The translations under genes were made by a program, and so were the position numbers. The notes under the pieces are model-generated. The model ran no database searches, had not been told where the DNA came from, and saw only the letters and a program-made list of their open reading frames with translations. Below, in pieces: positions 1 to 12,622 of a stretch of DNA of 55,486 nucleotides; within the stretch, counting starts at the first letter, position 1; each line of letters starts with the position of its first letter. Origin of the DNA: Hyphochytrium catenoides (lineage: Eukaryota > Protista > Hyphochytriomycota); the NCBI GenBank assembly GCA_900088475.1, contig FLMG01004727.1, forward strand, positions 1 through 55,486. The letters are read 5' to 3'.

Positions 1-2626
1 AAGCACGGGATGAGCGTCTCAACAATACTCTCGCATAACATATGTGCCACTTACGTATAAGCTGCCCTGGCAGTGAGGGTATGACTGTTTCGGCAAAAGA
101 GAGCGAGAGATAGGCAAATTTAGACCAGGTATCTAAATAAAGTGTACTAGAGCGCGGTCATCGAACCTTTCTCCGCAGTTCCAGTCCTGGTGGCCGAGGA
201 CGGCATGGAAACCTCCGCGTCCCAGGCGCCTGGTTCAAGGGGCATCCTCCAAGCACTGAGGGACGGCTCCATTGGGAGCCTCACTCAAGGAGCCAGCCTA
301 CAAAAGCTATGAAGTATCTGATGTGTCATCAGTCTCGGGCGGCTCGTCTGCTTCAAGCGAAAACGTAGTACTAGCGTGGGTTGGCGCTCTATCAGATGCT
401 AGATTACAAGCTTTAGAGAGCGATGAAGGGAATCTTCGTGCCTTCAGTTCCGCTTTTATAGAGCAGGTGTAGGTGTATGTCCGCCCTGGACGCAGTCGTT
501 TGCTAGTCAAGCATCGGCAATAAACAACAGCGGGCTTGTCCACGGTGCACTTAGATGGTGGACTATGCAATGGATTAGGGTGAGATGCAGCTAGTGAAGC
601 GCTATGGCAGAGTCGCGGAGACCTACGAAGAAAAAGAAAAGATCCTGGCCCTAGCAGTTCACTGCAGCAGGTCCGCTCCTCGTCTTCCCCAGACGGCAAT
701 GCTCGTCGCCGCGGCAGGTATCGCCGCCTTCCTGCGGCGGCTGTAGTTCTACAGTATAGTGGAGAACTATAGGGCGCTCTCTTCGCGCGGGAAGGGCATT
801 TAAACTTCATAGCGGCCTTTACTTTTCTGAACCTGTACGACGTAGTATCCTATGTTACTACATATGTGTGGTGTATACTAACGTTACCCGCTTGGCAGTA
901 TTTTTCAAGTATGGGGAATGACAAGTCCGGACTTGCTTCGACGACTTAAATTTGGTTCATCCGCTTGGTGTTCTTCCTCTACTTGTACTTGTACAACTGT
1001 AGAACTTAGCGATGAGGCCAACCATGGGCAAGTTTAGACGATGCTCAATGCTACTAGAATCTCCGATGTTGGTGAAAATAGCGTTGTCTACCATTTATTG
1101 GGAAGTAGATCTAAAGAAGGATTATTACCGTTGGACCTGCATGCTGTTATCCTAAAAGCTATTCTTTCCACATGGTCTAAAGTACAACTATACAAGCCAA
1201 CCATGGCTTTTTGGAGTCGAAATGAAGATTCAAAGACAACCAACCCTGTTTGTATGAAGAGTTACCTGTACCGGTAGAACTAGTTCTATGGTTAGAAGGT
1301 TCGCAGATTGAACCAAGTGCATACACTGTACAAGTAGGAACTGCATTTCTACCATTCTTGGCAATTGGACAAAACCCAGATTGAATGAGGGCTGCTTTGC
1401 TATCTTGATCACATTCTTTATTCGAGATATAGTTGTCAACACTGACCAGGAAAGAGTATAATCGATAACGTAATTCCTGATAAGACTAGATTTAGTTTAC
1501 TTTAAGTGAAGGTGTGAACGGGAGACTTGCAGGAATAGTAATACTGATCTATGGCGCTTTCACAAAAGTTTCCCCTGCATTATAGGATATCTACTTCAGA
1601 CGGTAGTAATACGACTTGGACGATTCGAGAATTGGAAGAGCAGCCCATCCGCTCCCTCACATGATTTGAATCCAACGTTCCTTTGTATTCATAATCCATC
1701 CATTATAACGTACGTTTTGAGTCATATGCTTTGCTAATGTCAGGAATAAGGTGGTATGTTAGCCTGTTGGACAGACGCCCACCCACCATCGATAGCCTCC
1801 CAGAAGTCATTTCACCATATCTCACGCCACTTATTCACCATAGTAAATGCGAGAGATTGTTCACTCTGTCTCCCGACAACATGGGAATCTAAAAACCTGG
1901 AGCCTCTAACCCGTCAATTCCTACTCTCTCCCTCTGTCTTCCTCTTACATAGCCACCCCAGCTATAGAACTTCTACCACCAGTTCCTAGGACAGAGTAGA
2001 CACATTTCCAGTCGGAAGCTCCACTAATTTGGAGTAGTAATATTTTCAGTGAACCTCTTATAGTGCCACACAAACCTCGAGGATACTAATAGTAGGCGGG
2101 CTAGACAATGGTCTGGGCCTTCTCCATCATTCAAATCGGCCTCCCAACTCCTAGCCGCCGCCTACTCTGCCCTTCTCCGCATGGAGAGACAGAGTGAGGT
2201 ATTACAGCTAGAGATACTTTGAAGAGATATATTCAAGGCAAGGCGCGACGACGTTCTCTGTCCCGTCATTATTACCTTTCTTTGCCTTGCTTTTTGCCTG
2301 ACAGTGAAAAGCCCAGGTCACAACGCTCTTATCGACCACCTTGCGCGTGGGATCCTTTCTTTCATAGGACCAAGGCACCGACCGTGTCTCTCCGTTGCTC
2401 TGCCTTTCAGTCTTTGGTCGGCCATCTGACAAACAAGGAGCCTGACGATTAGAAAATTCAAAAAATCACTTAGGGTTTCCCAGGCCCCAGGCTTGCCCTC
2501 CTGTCTACCGTGAGTTTCTCTCTTTCCTCTCTCGGCACTTCGTGGACGTAGACGACCTTCACACTGACCGCAGATCCGCTCCTCCACCCGCAGTTTCCCT
2601 GTTCCCTTCGGGCGTCCTGTGGCGAC

Positions 2627-3601
2627 ATGAACGCCCAACTCGCTGGAGCGAATCAGCAAAATGTTCCCGATAATGCGGCTAACCGCAGGGACAAAGAGGA
2701 GGGAGATGGCGGTGGCTCTAAGCGCCGCGGCCGCAGACCAGGCTCCACAAACTATGCCTTCGAGGACCTTGAGCGTAAGATCCTAAGACACCTTCTGAAC
2801 TACCAGCTATAGCTTTGCAGTGCTCACGCTGTATCTAACCGCTTCCCCGTAGGAATGGTCCAGCTCGTAGATGAAATGAAACCAATCTCCCTCCAAAGCT
2901 GGAATGAAGTGGTAGATAGATTTAACAACTGGGCACAGAGTCAGGGCCGTCCTGTCAGGGACGTAGACGCCTTCAAGCGCAAGTTTGAAAAGATTGCAAA
3001 CTCAAAGCTGGAAGCGACAGATCCTGCTGAGAATCGCATCGCCAAGAAAGCAAAGCAGGTCTATCAGCAGATGGGCAACCAGAAGGCAGGACTTGACCCT
3101 GCTGCCACGCCGAAAAAGAAGAAGCTGGCTAAGGGTCTAAAGAAGTCTGTGAAGAAGCTGGGCGCTAACAAGGCTGCTTCTGGTGGTGCACCCAGCTCCA
3201 CCAAGGCAGCTAATGCCGCCGAGCCTAGTGGGCCCGTTGACCCGAATAAGTCAAAGCTCATGCAGTTCTTCCATCAGAATGTGGCGACGACACTGGCAGC
3301 CAATCAAATGAGGACAGAGCAGGAACTTGCCCAGTTCCAAGGCCGGCTGGATCAGCTTTTGAGCAATAATCAGTCACGACTTGAGCATCAGCTGGCAGAG
3401 CTGCGCTTCCAGGTCCAGCAGCAGCATTTGCATACTCAAGTTATTTTGCAGCAGTTGCAGACCATCCATGCTATTATCATGATGAATCGAGAGTCCAATG
3501 CCTACCCTGAGCCCCAAACACACTCGCCTCCCCCTCCACAGCAGCCCCCTGCCAAGAAATCTGGGGAGAAGGGCGCTGGGAAAGGCAAAAAGAAGATGTG
3601 A
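2627..3601 (+). CDS. DUF6818 / Myb-SANT-like DNA-binding protein with Q-rich coiled coil (2 exons; intron 2775-2852)
   Basis: A GT..AG intron joins the two ORFs in frame (EDLE-R-MVQL). The motif GRRPGSTNY...PISLQSWNEVVDRFNNWAQSQGRPVRDVDAFKRKFEKIANSK...TDP...AKKAK fits the DUF6818 pattern. A basic NLS-like stretch (PKKKK) is present. Confidence 0.7.
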
Positions 3602-4152
3602 GTCATTGTCTTTACCTTATGGTGCGCTAGCCTTGATGATAGAGGACTTATAGCGACGGCGCCCTTGTGTTATATGCTGCCCTCCAGGACAAAAGCCGTC
3701 TAGTCTGGTGCCTTTAATTTGCGCAGCGGAGCTAGAGGAGGCTATTGAGACGGACAGCCGGCAGGCTGGCCATTGTACTTTTACGCCCCGCCTGATATCA
3801 CATGCCAGCTCGCATCCCTCTCTACGCTTTGACATTCAGTTCGTTCTGTCCCCTCTTCTTCGCCGGTCCTCCTTATCCTCCTCCTTTTCTTCTCTATCAT
3901 CCCCCACCCCATGCCCGGAGCTCCGTATAATATAGGAGTCATAGAGCCGACTGGGCCTGCAGGTGGACCACCTCCCGCCTAAGCTAATATATTCTCGAGT
4001 TGGAGCAGCCGTCACCCCATCCTAATTCTTGGCTTTACGTGCTGCAAATCTGGATACACCCTTGAAGCTTTCGCCCGACCTCTAGAACAGAATGCTAACC
4101 AGCGCTTTCAATGATCATATTCTGGGTGCACCACTGGGTGGCCCAGCGTCAT

Positions 4153-4750
4153 CTAGTTCTTCAGTCTCTTTAGCATTTCGTCGACAGCCATTTTTGCCGA
4201 CTCTTCGCTGCGAAAGCGGCCCAAGTAGATTGCCCCTTTGGACCGAAGGACTTTGGCGTCATAACCCTTCTTCCGTCTGCGTATGGCCCACTGGGTGTCC
4301 TGAGGACCTTGTTTGCCCTTCCTTTGTAAAGACTGCTCTGACTCTGTGGAGCGTGCGGATACTGATTCTCTGCTGCTTGATTGGTTTTCCCGTGGAGAAG
4401 AATAACTATGATCTACTCTACCACTGTCCTTCTCTGGCTGTTGAGTTGAGCTTGTGGGAGACTCCTGCCATGCCGTCTTCCGCACTGGGCTGGGAAGGGG
4501 AGCAGCTGTAGCAACAGTAGCGTTTTGCGAGTGGATAGGAGCCTCTCGTTGGTCAACCTCATCATGCTTGACAGAAAGAATCTCTCTAAGCTCAAGTGAG
4601 TCGTTGTCATCCTTCGAGGTCGGCGAGATCTTTGACTGTCTACGGACCGGGAGCAGTCCGCTAGCCATGCGGATCATCTCACTTTTGATTACCGTCTGAG
4701 ACGGAGTTATTGAACTCTTTGACTTCCTTTCATGTCCAGGGAAAGGGTCT
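4153..4750 (-). CDS. AP2-domain DNA-binding protein (3' exon; 5' exons probably extend towards ~4.9-5.0 kb)
   Basis: The C-terminal WAIRRRKKGYDAKVLRSKGAIYLGRFRSEESAKMAVD matches the AP2 pattern (YLGxFxxEExA). The frame stays open upstream of the listed ORF; the start was not resolved. Confidence 0.65.
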
Positions 4751-5626
4751 GAGTCACTTCACTAGTGTAGCTACGTCCTACCCGCGGTGGTGATGCAATA
4801 GTCCTCGACGGCAAGGCCCAGAACTCTCTACGAGTGACTTACAAAGCGTGAAGACTTCTGCTTACAGCCAAAGCTTCATGCCAGTGGACGCCTCTGTGTC
4901 CGGCACTTGATCAAGGGCGTCTGAGGCGGCTGGTGGAGGAGAGAGAGGAGGAGGAGGGGAAGGCAGGCGGTGGCAGCCAGCGCGAGCAAGCCAGCGATTC
5001 TGATGCTATCACTGGGGGCAGTTTCAGGTTGATGGGTATTTAACGATAGGCTCACTGTTAGTCCTCCTATGACTCTCAAACCCTTAAAGACCCCGGGTAG
5101 GGCAGCCGCTAACGGTAGAATAATCGACCAATCTGATGAGCTCCCAAGGTCAAGATTGGGAAGCGGCTACTCTCCAGCTTCGTCATGCTCTGGCGGCGCC
5201 CTCATCTGCGGCGCCTCTGCTGGTCCCTGACACTAGCATCAGCCCCTCAGCATGGCGCTAAGATTGGTCAGGCTGTCTCTGTCTGTTGTCTGATCCTGAC
5301 AATCTGGGAAGGAAGAGCGAACGCACTGCCTGGAGCTCCACTTCGTATAGTTACTACTAATGGTGGTTGTTGGCTTGGCCCAGATGAGGCAGAGGCTCTG
5401 TAGGCTTAGTTGATATTGTCTATAACGCCCAATGTCCCGCGGCATGCTGAGCCCTCGCTGTTGCAATGAGCGTATATAGAACTCCGCAACGAATAGAATG
5501 TTGGCATATACCACAGAGTTTTTCATTTAGCAGATTGACCTCTGTCTCTTAGAATGGATGGTAACAATGTTGTGACCTCGGCTTGCCCTTGTGTGGCCAG
5601 CCTTACAGCCAGTCCCTTCTTCCTTG

Positions 5627-7547
5627 TCACGCCTCCGTTCCAGTTGAGGGCTCGAAAGGGTTCTGAGTCCCACAGTTGGCACCTACGAGAGGAGACCATA
5701 AGCCAACACCACAAGAGCAGGCGGCAGAGCAGTCTACTACGATGGGTAGAGCTAGCTGTATAAAGCAGCAGCCCGCGCAAAGAAAGCCCTGAGTGAAATA
5801 CTTGTCCAGAAGGCCATTCTTGACGCACCGTAAAAACCTGAAAAGCATTTGCATATTCCTGCGGAACAGAGAAGCCATGTAAGCGTGCTATCTAGTCAGG
5901 CTGAGCACCAACTCACAATGCGTTGTCAGTACCTGTCTTGAAGTCGCAGATGCCGCGGTTGGAGCAATCAACATGGCAGATGTTGCCTGAAAGTCCTATA
6001 CCGTGGCCTCCCATCGCCGTCTTTCCACTGCAATCTAGCTCGTTCTCGTCTGTCATTGGGTCATCTCCGGTAGGACATCGTCCTGAGAGAGGTTATAAGG
6101 AGAGGGCAAAGTGCAGAACAGGATACTCTTTAGCATTAGCGTCGTCATCATCTGGGCAGGCAAAAAAAATCAAACAGCCACTGCAAAAACTCACGCAAGC
6201 TGCAGTCTGGTCCGAAATACTCTGAGTCCTGAACCTGCCCAGGTCCCAGACCGACCTCCCACGCTGAGTCGCAGACTGCCAATACATGGAAAGAGCACGA
6301 AGAAGTAAGTATGGCGACCATCCCACTACTAAGCAGGAGTTGAACCCTACCGCAACCGTAGCTTCCCTCTTGATCCCAGGTTGAGCTTTGCTGCATGGAG
6401 TCGCAAGCAATGAAGGAATAAGCGCTTGAGATCAGGCATGGCAACCACAAATGATAACCTTCCTTTAGGATAGATAGGAAGAGGAAAGGGACGAGGAGAT
6501 GCAGAGGTACCTGATACCCTTCATACAGAGTGGGCGGCGATAAAGGTGTTCCACTGCTCATCCGGGCAACCTGCCGCATATTCATACAGATGCCGTGCCC
6601 TGAGCAGCTATTTGGGCAGCTCCCTAAAATGCAAAAAAACGTCTTAGATCACTACTCTCTCGTCTTTATAGCTCTCTCCTTCTCCAGAGCTAGCGTCACA
6701 CAGCGCTCTTACGTCTGTTGCAAGCCCGGCCCTCATATCCTTCAAAGCAATCGCAGACGCCTCGCGCCCTGTCACAAAGCCCGCCGTTGCTGCACTCCGC
6801 CATCGCGTGAGCGGCGGCTCCTAGAGGCATATCGGCCCACGCTTTGCCTGTTATTAGTAGCAGCAACAACAACAGCGAGGAAGTATTAAGAGTTAGAGAG
6901 GGCAAGAAGACGATGATGAAGGTGGGTTCCTGAGAAACCAGCAGAAAGTACTAATAACTCGGAGACGGCCTAGAGCTTAGCGCTCCCCCGTATTGGCAAC
7001 GCTTCGCTAGCTATCGTCTTCCCGTATCCCTTACCTGCGGGACAGACGCCTAGTAGGAGACAGCATGTCATGTCATGGAAAAAGCATTCGGACAGAGGAG
7101 AGAGGGTAGCGGAGGTTAGTAGATTCGACAGTGCAGAGACAGTACTGCATAGGATCGTAGCTTTCCCATGGACTTACGAAGGGAGCAGTCTGGAGATTTA
7201 TAGTATGAGACGTCTGCCGTAGAGCCCCAGCCATGATAGCAATTGCACGTCTTGGAGACAGGGTTGCACGTGCCATGACCATTGCAATTATTAAGCATCT
7301 GGCATCCCACGCCAAGCCCAACCGGAGTAATGGGACGAGCAAGGACACTGGATAAGAGACGGAAGATGAGTTAGTTCAACTGCTCCCTTTTAATTAGCTG
7401 ATATTGTTGGGGATGATGGTGGTAGCTTAACGTCGCGAGAAAGAAGAACAGATAAAAGATGGCGAGTTACCTGCGAGGGACAAGCATGAGCTCCAAAGCT
7501 GCCAAAGCAAACAGTACATGGAGAGCCGAAGGAGCATAAAACGACAT
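5627..7547 (-). CDS. Secreted EGF-repeat protein of the stramenopile tubular mastigoneme / Sig1 (Ocm1-like) family, multi-exon
   Basis: Signal peptide MSFYAPSALHVLFALAALEL. Spliced exons give [109 protein letters not shown]. Includes a 15-nt micro-exon at 7035-7049. Stop at 5627. Confidence 0.8.
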
Positions 7548-9840
7548 GGCGCTGGCCACGGCTCTCTTTTCTCTTTGTTCCATCTTGATGCGTTTAAAAG
7601 TTCCAAGCGCTATGGCAGGAAGGGCGACTGCGTTTCTCGTCCGCAGACTAATAAGGGATCGAACCGCCACGGCGATGGAAGCCCTGATATTTAATGCCTT
7701 GCTTGTAGCCTAGTAACGCAAAAGATTTGATGACAAGAGTGATTGAAGTCTCCGCTCGCGTCCTCGCGTCAGGCTATTTGTTTCTCTCTAACGGGCGTGT
7801 CAGGTAGTAAATAACGGAGCTGCGAGGCATAGGAAAGAGAAGCGCGATCCCATCTTGATGTGGTGACTGTCATCTTCTCCCTCCTCTTCTTCCAGTGTCA
7901 GGCTACTTTGGACTCTCTCCTAACAGTGTAAGAAGAAGGGTGCCTCTTACCTGCCTAAACACTGATTAAGGTGTAATGATTGACGGAGGCGTTATTAGGT
8001 AGATGGGGTCGTGTAGGTAGAGAGACCAACAAAGCGGCTCGGTGGTAGAGAAGAGTAGAAGGGACTGCTGCTGCCAGGTCGTACTATTTCCGCCTCTTTG
8101 CCTTTGGCTCTTCTCTTGTTTGCTGCCTCTTCTGCTGCTGCGATGTCTCGGCGGCCGGTTTTGAAGAAGAAGCTTTTACCTGGGCTTTTCTACCTTTCGA
8201 GCTGCTATGCCTTACGGCTTCCTAGCTACTAGCGTCGAAGCTCTATCACTATGCCACCCGTAATAGCTATCCTTCCTCCTTATCTACTTCCGTCGCCATC
8301 ACCTTTTATCATGGCTGCCACCCCAGATCCCTACGGTCTGCGCCCTCAGATGACTGACGCTATAAATTTCTGACAAGAAGCACAACTCCGCTTTTATGAC
8401 AGAGCATTCGTGATGCGGTAATTTCTTCAGTCCGCGCGACGGCACTGCTGCAATTTTATCTGATGACCAGTCCAACCTCCACCATGGAGCCGCGACACTA
8501 CTTCTCTGTCTTGGTTCCTCCGACAAGCGCTTCCTCTTGTGCTCTTCTTCTCCCGCTGGAGACCCCTACATATAACAGCTTCTCTTCGCCTTGTGTTCCC
8601 TCCTCTCGCTCACTTCTACTTTCTGCTGATCGGTGTCTCCTCCCTTTTCCTCTCTGCAGCAGGTGAGGACGGACACCACAGGCCTTCCTCCTTCTCTCTA
8701 ACTTCTAGCTGGCCTCTTTATCTTCACAGCTGGCCTGCGCCTCCTCTTCTACTCTACCCGCTGAAGATCTCTTTCTCCTCCTCTCCCTTCGCCGCCTTTT
8801 CCCTTTGCATGCATTCGCTTCTCTGCAGTCTCAACCAGAGCAGGAAGAAGAAGACAGCCCGGCACCTCTCTTCTGTGCTCTCACTCGCTTCCATCGCTCT
8901 GTGTGTCCATCTCTCTGCGTTTCTTTCCTCACTCATACTGCTGCTCCACCGCCACTCTGTCTCGTTTCCTCTATATCTCTGTCTCCTCTCTGTCTTGCTC
9001 TCTGTCTGTCTGTAGATCTCTGCCTCTGTCACTTACTCTGTCTCTGTCTTCTGCGTCTCATCCACGATCTCCCTACATTTTATTCCTCCATACAACGAAA
9101 CGTCGTCAATATTGGGCTCCAGTCCCCTCCTCCAGCCCCCCAGGAGATCCGTGCGTCGTACGCGTACAGCAAGAACCTGGAACAGACGTTGTTTACTGGG
9201 AATAACGCCGCTAACGGCTAGTATTCGCGCCAAGAAACTTCGTCTGTATTTGCAGCACTGATTTCTCTCTGAAGACGACTGCAGGCAACAGTGAGTTCCC
9301 ATCATGGAGATCTTCAATTGTGAGATGGTGAGGTGATGACGCAGGCAGCGCCAGGAAGACTAGCAGAAGCATCAGTGGGTCTGCTCGTCCAAGAAGCGGC
9401 CTTGGATTGCTCTGGTCTTTATCGACCTAGCAGGCGTCTAAGCTAGAGTCCGTGACTGAAGGAAGGCAGGTCATTATTCCCAGGTGCTGCTTTAGCAACA
9501 GGAAGTGGAGAAGAATATGCTATAGTAAGCGGTGGCTGAAGGGTGATTACCACTTGGGACAGGTCTATGGCCAACAGGTCAGCGCATAGCACCTCGCATT
9601 AGGCTGCAATCTTCAGCAGGTTCGGCTGACGTCTTCCCCGTCCTTCGCCTCTGACTTTGCGCTGACCTCACTACCTTCTTCTAGCACCTCTTAAGCTCTA
9701 GACACATACCATCACTGCCTAGCTAAGCACTCTATTCACAGTGGCTTCGCATGAAGGAATTGAGGTAGTGAGGGCCATTGATTATCAACAACTACCCCAG
9801 TGGCCCAACAACCTTGTCCATTCAGAGGGAGCAAGAGGCT

Positions 9841-10656
9841 ATGGCGTCCAACAGCTCCAAGGCAAAGCAGATGGACAAGGATGGCGGTCCTCCAGGCGCT
9901 GAGAGCAATGACGCTCTCGTGGAGATGCTTGCAGACTTCCTGGAGGTCATGACGCATATCACCTTGTACGTTCTCTCTAGCTGTCCTCATCCTCCCTCCA
10001 CGTTCCTTGCTCACGCTAACCACCGCCAGGTTTGCTCGGCAAGTCTACCCGTCAGGTGAGTCCGTCTCAGCACACGAAGGGACTGGTTGAGTTCATGCTA
10101 AGTCTATGATCAAGCAATCTTTGAGCGACGGCAAAAGTATGGCGTCCCCGTGTGGATGAGCCGGCACCCAGCGCTGAACTCATACATCAAGCTCGTGACA
10201 GAAGGAGCCAAGCCTTTCCTAGCTGAGCATTCTCTTGAAAAGTTTGTCATCGCCATACGAGGGAACAAGGATGCCGAGCGAATGGTCATCAAGTTGAACT
10301 TTGCCTTTTCTCAGGCTGTTGAGAACTGGGAAGACCTTGGCGATAGTTCCCAAAAGCTACAAGGGCTGCAAGAGCACTTCCGCGGCTGCATATTGAAGAC
10401 CCTAATCATCGATGACTCTCAGAAGCCTGTCATTCCTGAACCTTCCTTTGAAGTGTTTCTATACTCGCGCCCAGCTGGTGCAAGCGTAGCCAAGGATGCG
10501 GCGGTCTACTTGCCGTCTCTAGATGTGAAGAAGGCCTGGGTGACAGCCGAACCTGGCCGTGCGGAGATCTCCGAGCCGCTTATTCTGCCCATCAAATCGG
10601 CAACGGCCTCCGCAGCTATAGGGCTCGAGGTTTACATGGAATCATCTAATGTCTGA
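9841..10656 (+). CDS. REV7: HORMA-domain protein REV7/MAD2L2 (Pol zeta accessory subunit); exons 9841-9965, 10030-10055, 10115-10656
   Basis: The spliced product LADFLEVMTHITLFARQVYPSAIFERRQKYGVPVWMSRHPALNSYI is the REV7 signature; it ends in the C-terminal ILPIKS strand. Introns are canonical GT-AG. Confidence 0.92.
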
Positions 10657-10738
10657 CACTATTGGCACACTCACTTGCATTGTTTTGAGAAAACGAGAAG
10701 CAGGCGCGAGGAGAACGAATGATAACGGTAAAGAGGTG

Positions 10739-11825
10739 CTACTGCCGCCGCTTGGTGCTTTCCTCCCCTTTTGCTACCCTGCCCTTGAGCAGTCGCGGCA
10801 CCATGAAGCCCAGGATGGCGATGGCCACTAGCTGCATGTTCGGTGGAGCGAGGTATTAGAGAGGGGAAAGAGCCGGAAAGGAGAAGGGTAAGGCTGTGTA
10901 ATAGTGGAGCTGGTGGGAGGAGATGAAAGACGGTGAGCTTGGTGGCGCTGGCTAAAACATAGACAGACAGAGAGGAAGGGGAATAGATATTAAGAGACAC
11001 CAGATTGGCCCCGAGACAGGGATAGAAAAGGCAATGAGAGGCAGTAGGACTCACCTGCAGCGTTGTACTTCTATCCATAATCTCACTCTTAGAACGCAGC
11101 TCGCCCAGGATGACTCCGGCTTTACAGCTTAAAAAGTTATACGGCGTGAGCCCCATCATGATAGCCAGCGAGAAGTGTGAGACAGGGATATGGAGATGAG
11201 GGGCCGAGACGTTCATGAACCAGTTTGGAGTGAAAGGGAAGATTCTCATGGACGTCATGTACCAGACTAGATCCCCACGATGAGCGTCCAGCTTGCGACG
11301 AAGCTCTTCCATCTTATCCTCAAAGAAGTGCGTAATGAGGTTATGTCCAAAGAGCTTGGAGAGAAGATAGAGGAAGACGGAGCCCACGGTGTTATAGAGA
11401 AGGCACAGAGGATAGCCCAGCGTCACACCGTACAGAGCGCCACCTAGAAGGTTGAAGAAGATGGTACCGGGAATAGCAAAGGTCTGAAGAAAGAGATAGC
11501 AAGCTGCGTGTCCCACAAAGACCTCCATAGGGTGCCGGGCAGAGTAAGACTCCAAGAACTTGCCCAGCTTCTGCACTTCTTGAAGGTTGGTAGGGAGGAC
11601 AACGGCGTCTCTTTCCACAGAGGAAACGTGCGCGAAGACAAAGTATTTGAGGAAACTCATGAGCCCAACGACTGCACCGAGGAAGAGAAGGAGCACAATG
11701 AACAGATCACGCTTCCAGGACGCCGCATCCTTCACTTTCGCTATAGAAGCGCTGCCTTGTGAGCCTTTGGATGCTGAAGGCCTCTGTCTAACGCTTCCCC
11801 CATTCTTAGTCTTAGAGCTCGCCAT
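10739..11825 (-). CDS. TMEM41: TMEM41 / VTT (DedA, SNARE-associated Golgi) membrane protein; exons 11825-11055, 10831-10739
   Basis: The motifs YLFLQTFAIPGTIFFNLLGGALYG and MRIFPFTPNWFMNVSAP are diagnostic for TMEM41A/B. A GTGAGT...GCAG intron gives the terminal helix LVAIAILGFMVPRLLK. Confidence 0.9.
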
Positions 11826-12213
11826 CCCTGTGCTGTCAGGTGGAAGAGGAGCGGATAACCTCAACAATCTGTGGTACACCAGGGAGTTTAGTAGAGGACA
11901 ATGCAGTTGCGGCGGCTGGGCTCTAGGAAACTGTCGCTTCCCCAGCCTAGAATCCCCTCTGAGCAGCGACACACCACCAAGGTTATCCTTTCTCTTCTTT
12001 CGCCGTGGAGCTAGCACCGCGTAGGATTTGTCCTGCTTGGTCCAGCTTATGAAGTCTCCGGCGGTAAGGGGAGAGAGCCTGCTGGAGCGCCCAAGCTGGT
12101 CAGCCGCGACGGTGATTCGGAAAGGAAGGAAGTCGAGGTGGTGTGAAGCTGGGAGATGCGGCACTGGGATGAGGGTCAAGGTACAGGGTACGAGGAGGAA
12201 GAGGCCGAACTAC

Positions 12214-12268
12214 AGAGAGAGAGAGAGAGAGAAAGAGGAGGAACGAAGCACCATCTGTCTGTTCCAGA

Positions 12269-12319
<51 letters not shown>

Positions 12320-12346
12320 CTCTGTCTCTCTCTCTCTCCTCTCTCT
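12214..12346. repeat. (GA)n tract followed by (CT)n tract
   Basis: Dinucleotide microsatellites seen directly. Confidence 0.95.
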
Positions 12347-12622
12347 ATCACACGGAAGCCCTTATAGAGAGCGAAAGTAAAAATGCCGTTTTGCCAGTAC
12401 AGTAACTGTACACTCTCACCCTAGCTTCTCAGTAATCCTCCAGGACTCAAGTATGATAACGCCACAACTCTTACTGAACAGCCATCATTGCGACTGCACT
12501 ACTAAGAACTACTACCGACGTTTGAAGAAGAGGAGACGCCGGTGCTGCGCAGCCTGAGCGACATCAGGCTCCATTTGCCTCGCTAGGAGTATCAGCTCAG
12601 ACCTCTTGATTTGCCCTAACAG

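Noticed and set aside
307-810. 167-aa minus ORF with a SAP-like stretch (AELKARRFPSSLSKA)
   Set aside because: The match is weak and no coherent gene model could be built; possibly a relic.
8050-9320. Overlapping ORFs on both strands
   Set aside because: Largely explained by CT/GA-rich low-complexity sequence. No family or consistent splice model was found, though a small gene cannot be excluded.
10671-12179. 502-aa single ORF as the TMEM41 protein
   Set aside because: It reads through 5' non-coding sequence and a clear GTGAGT...CAG intron; the spliced model restores the normal terminal helix.
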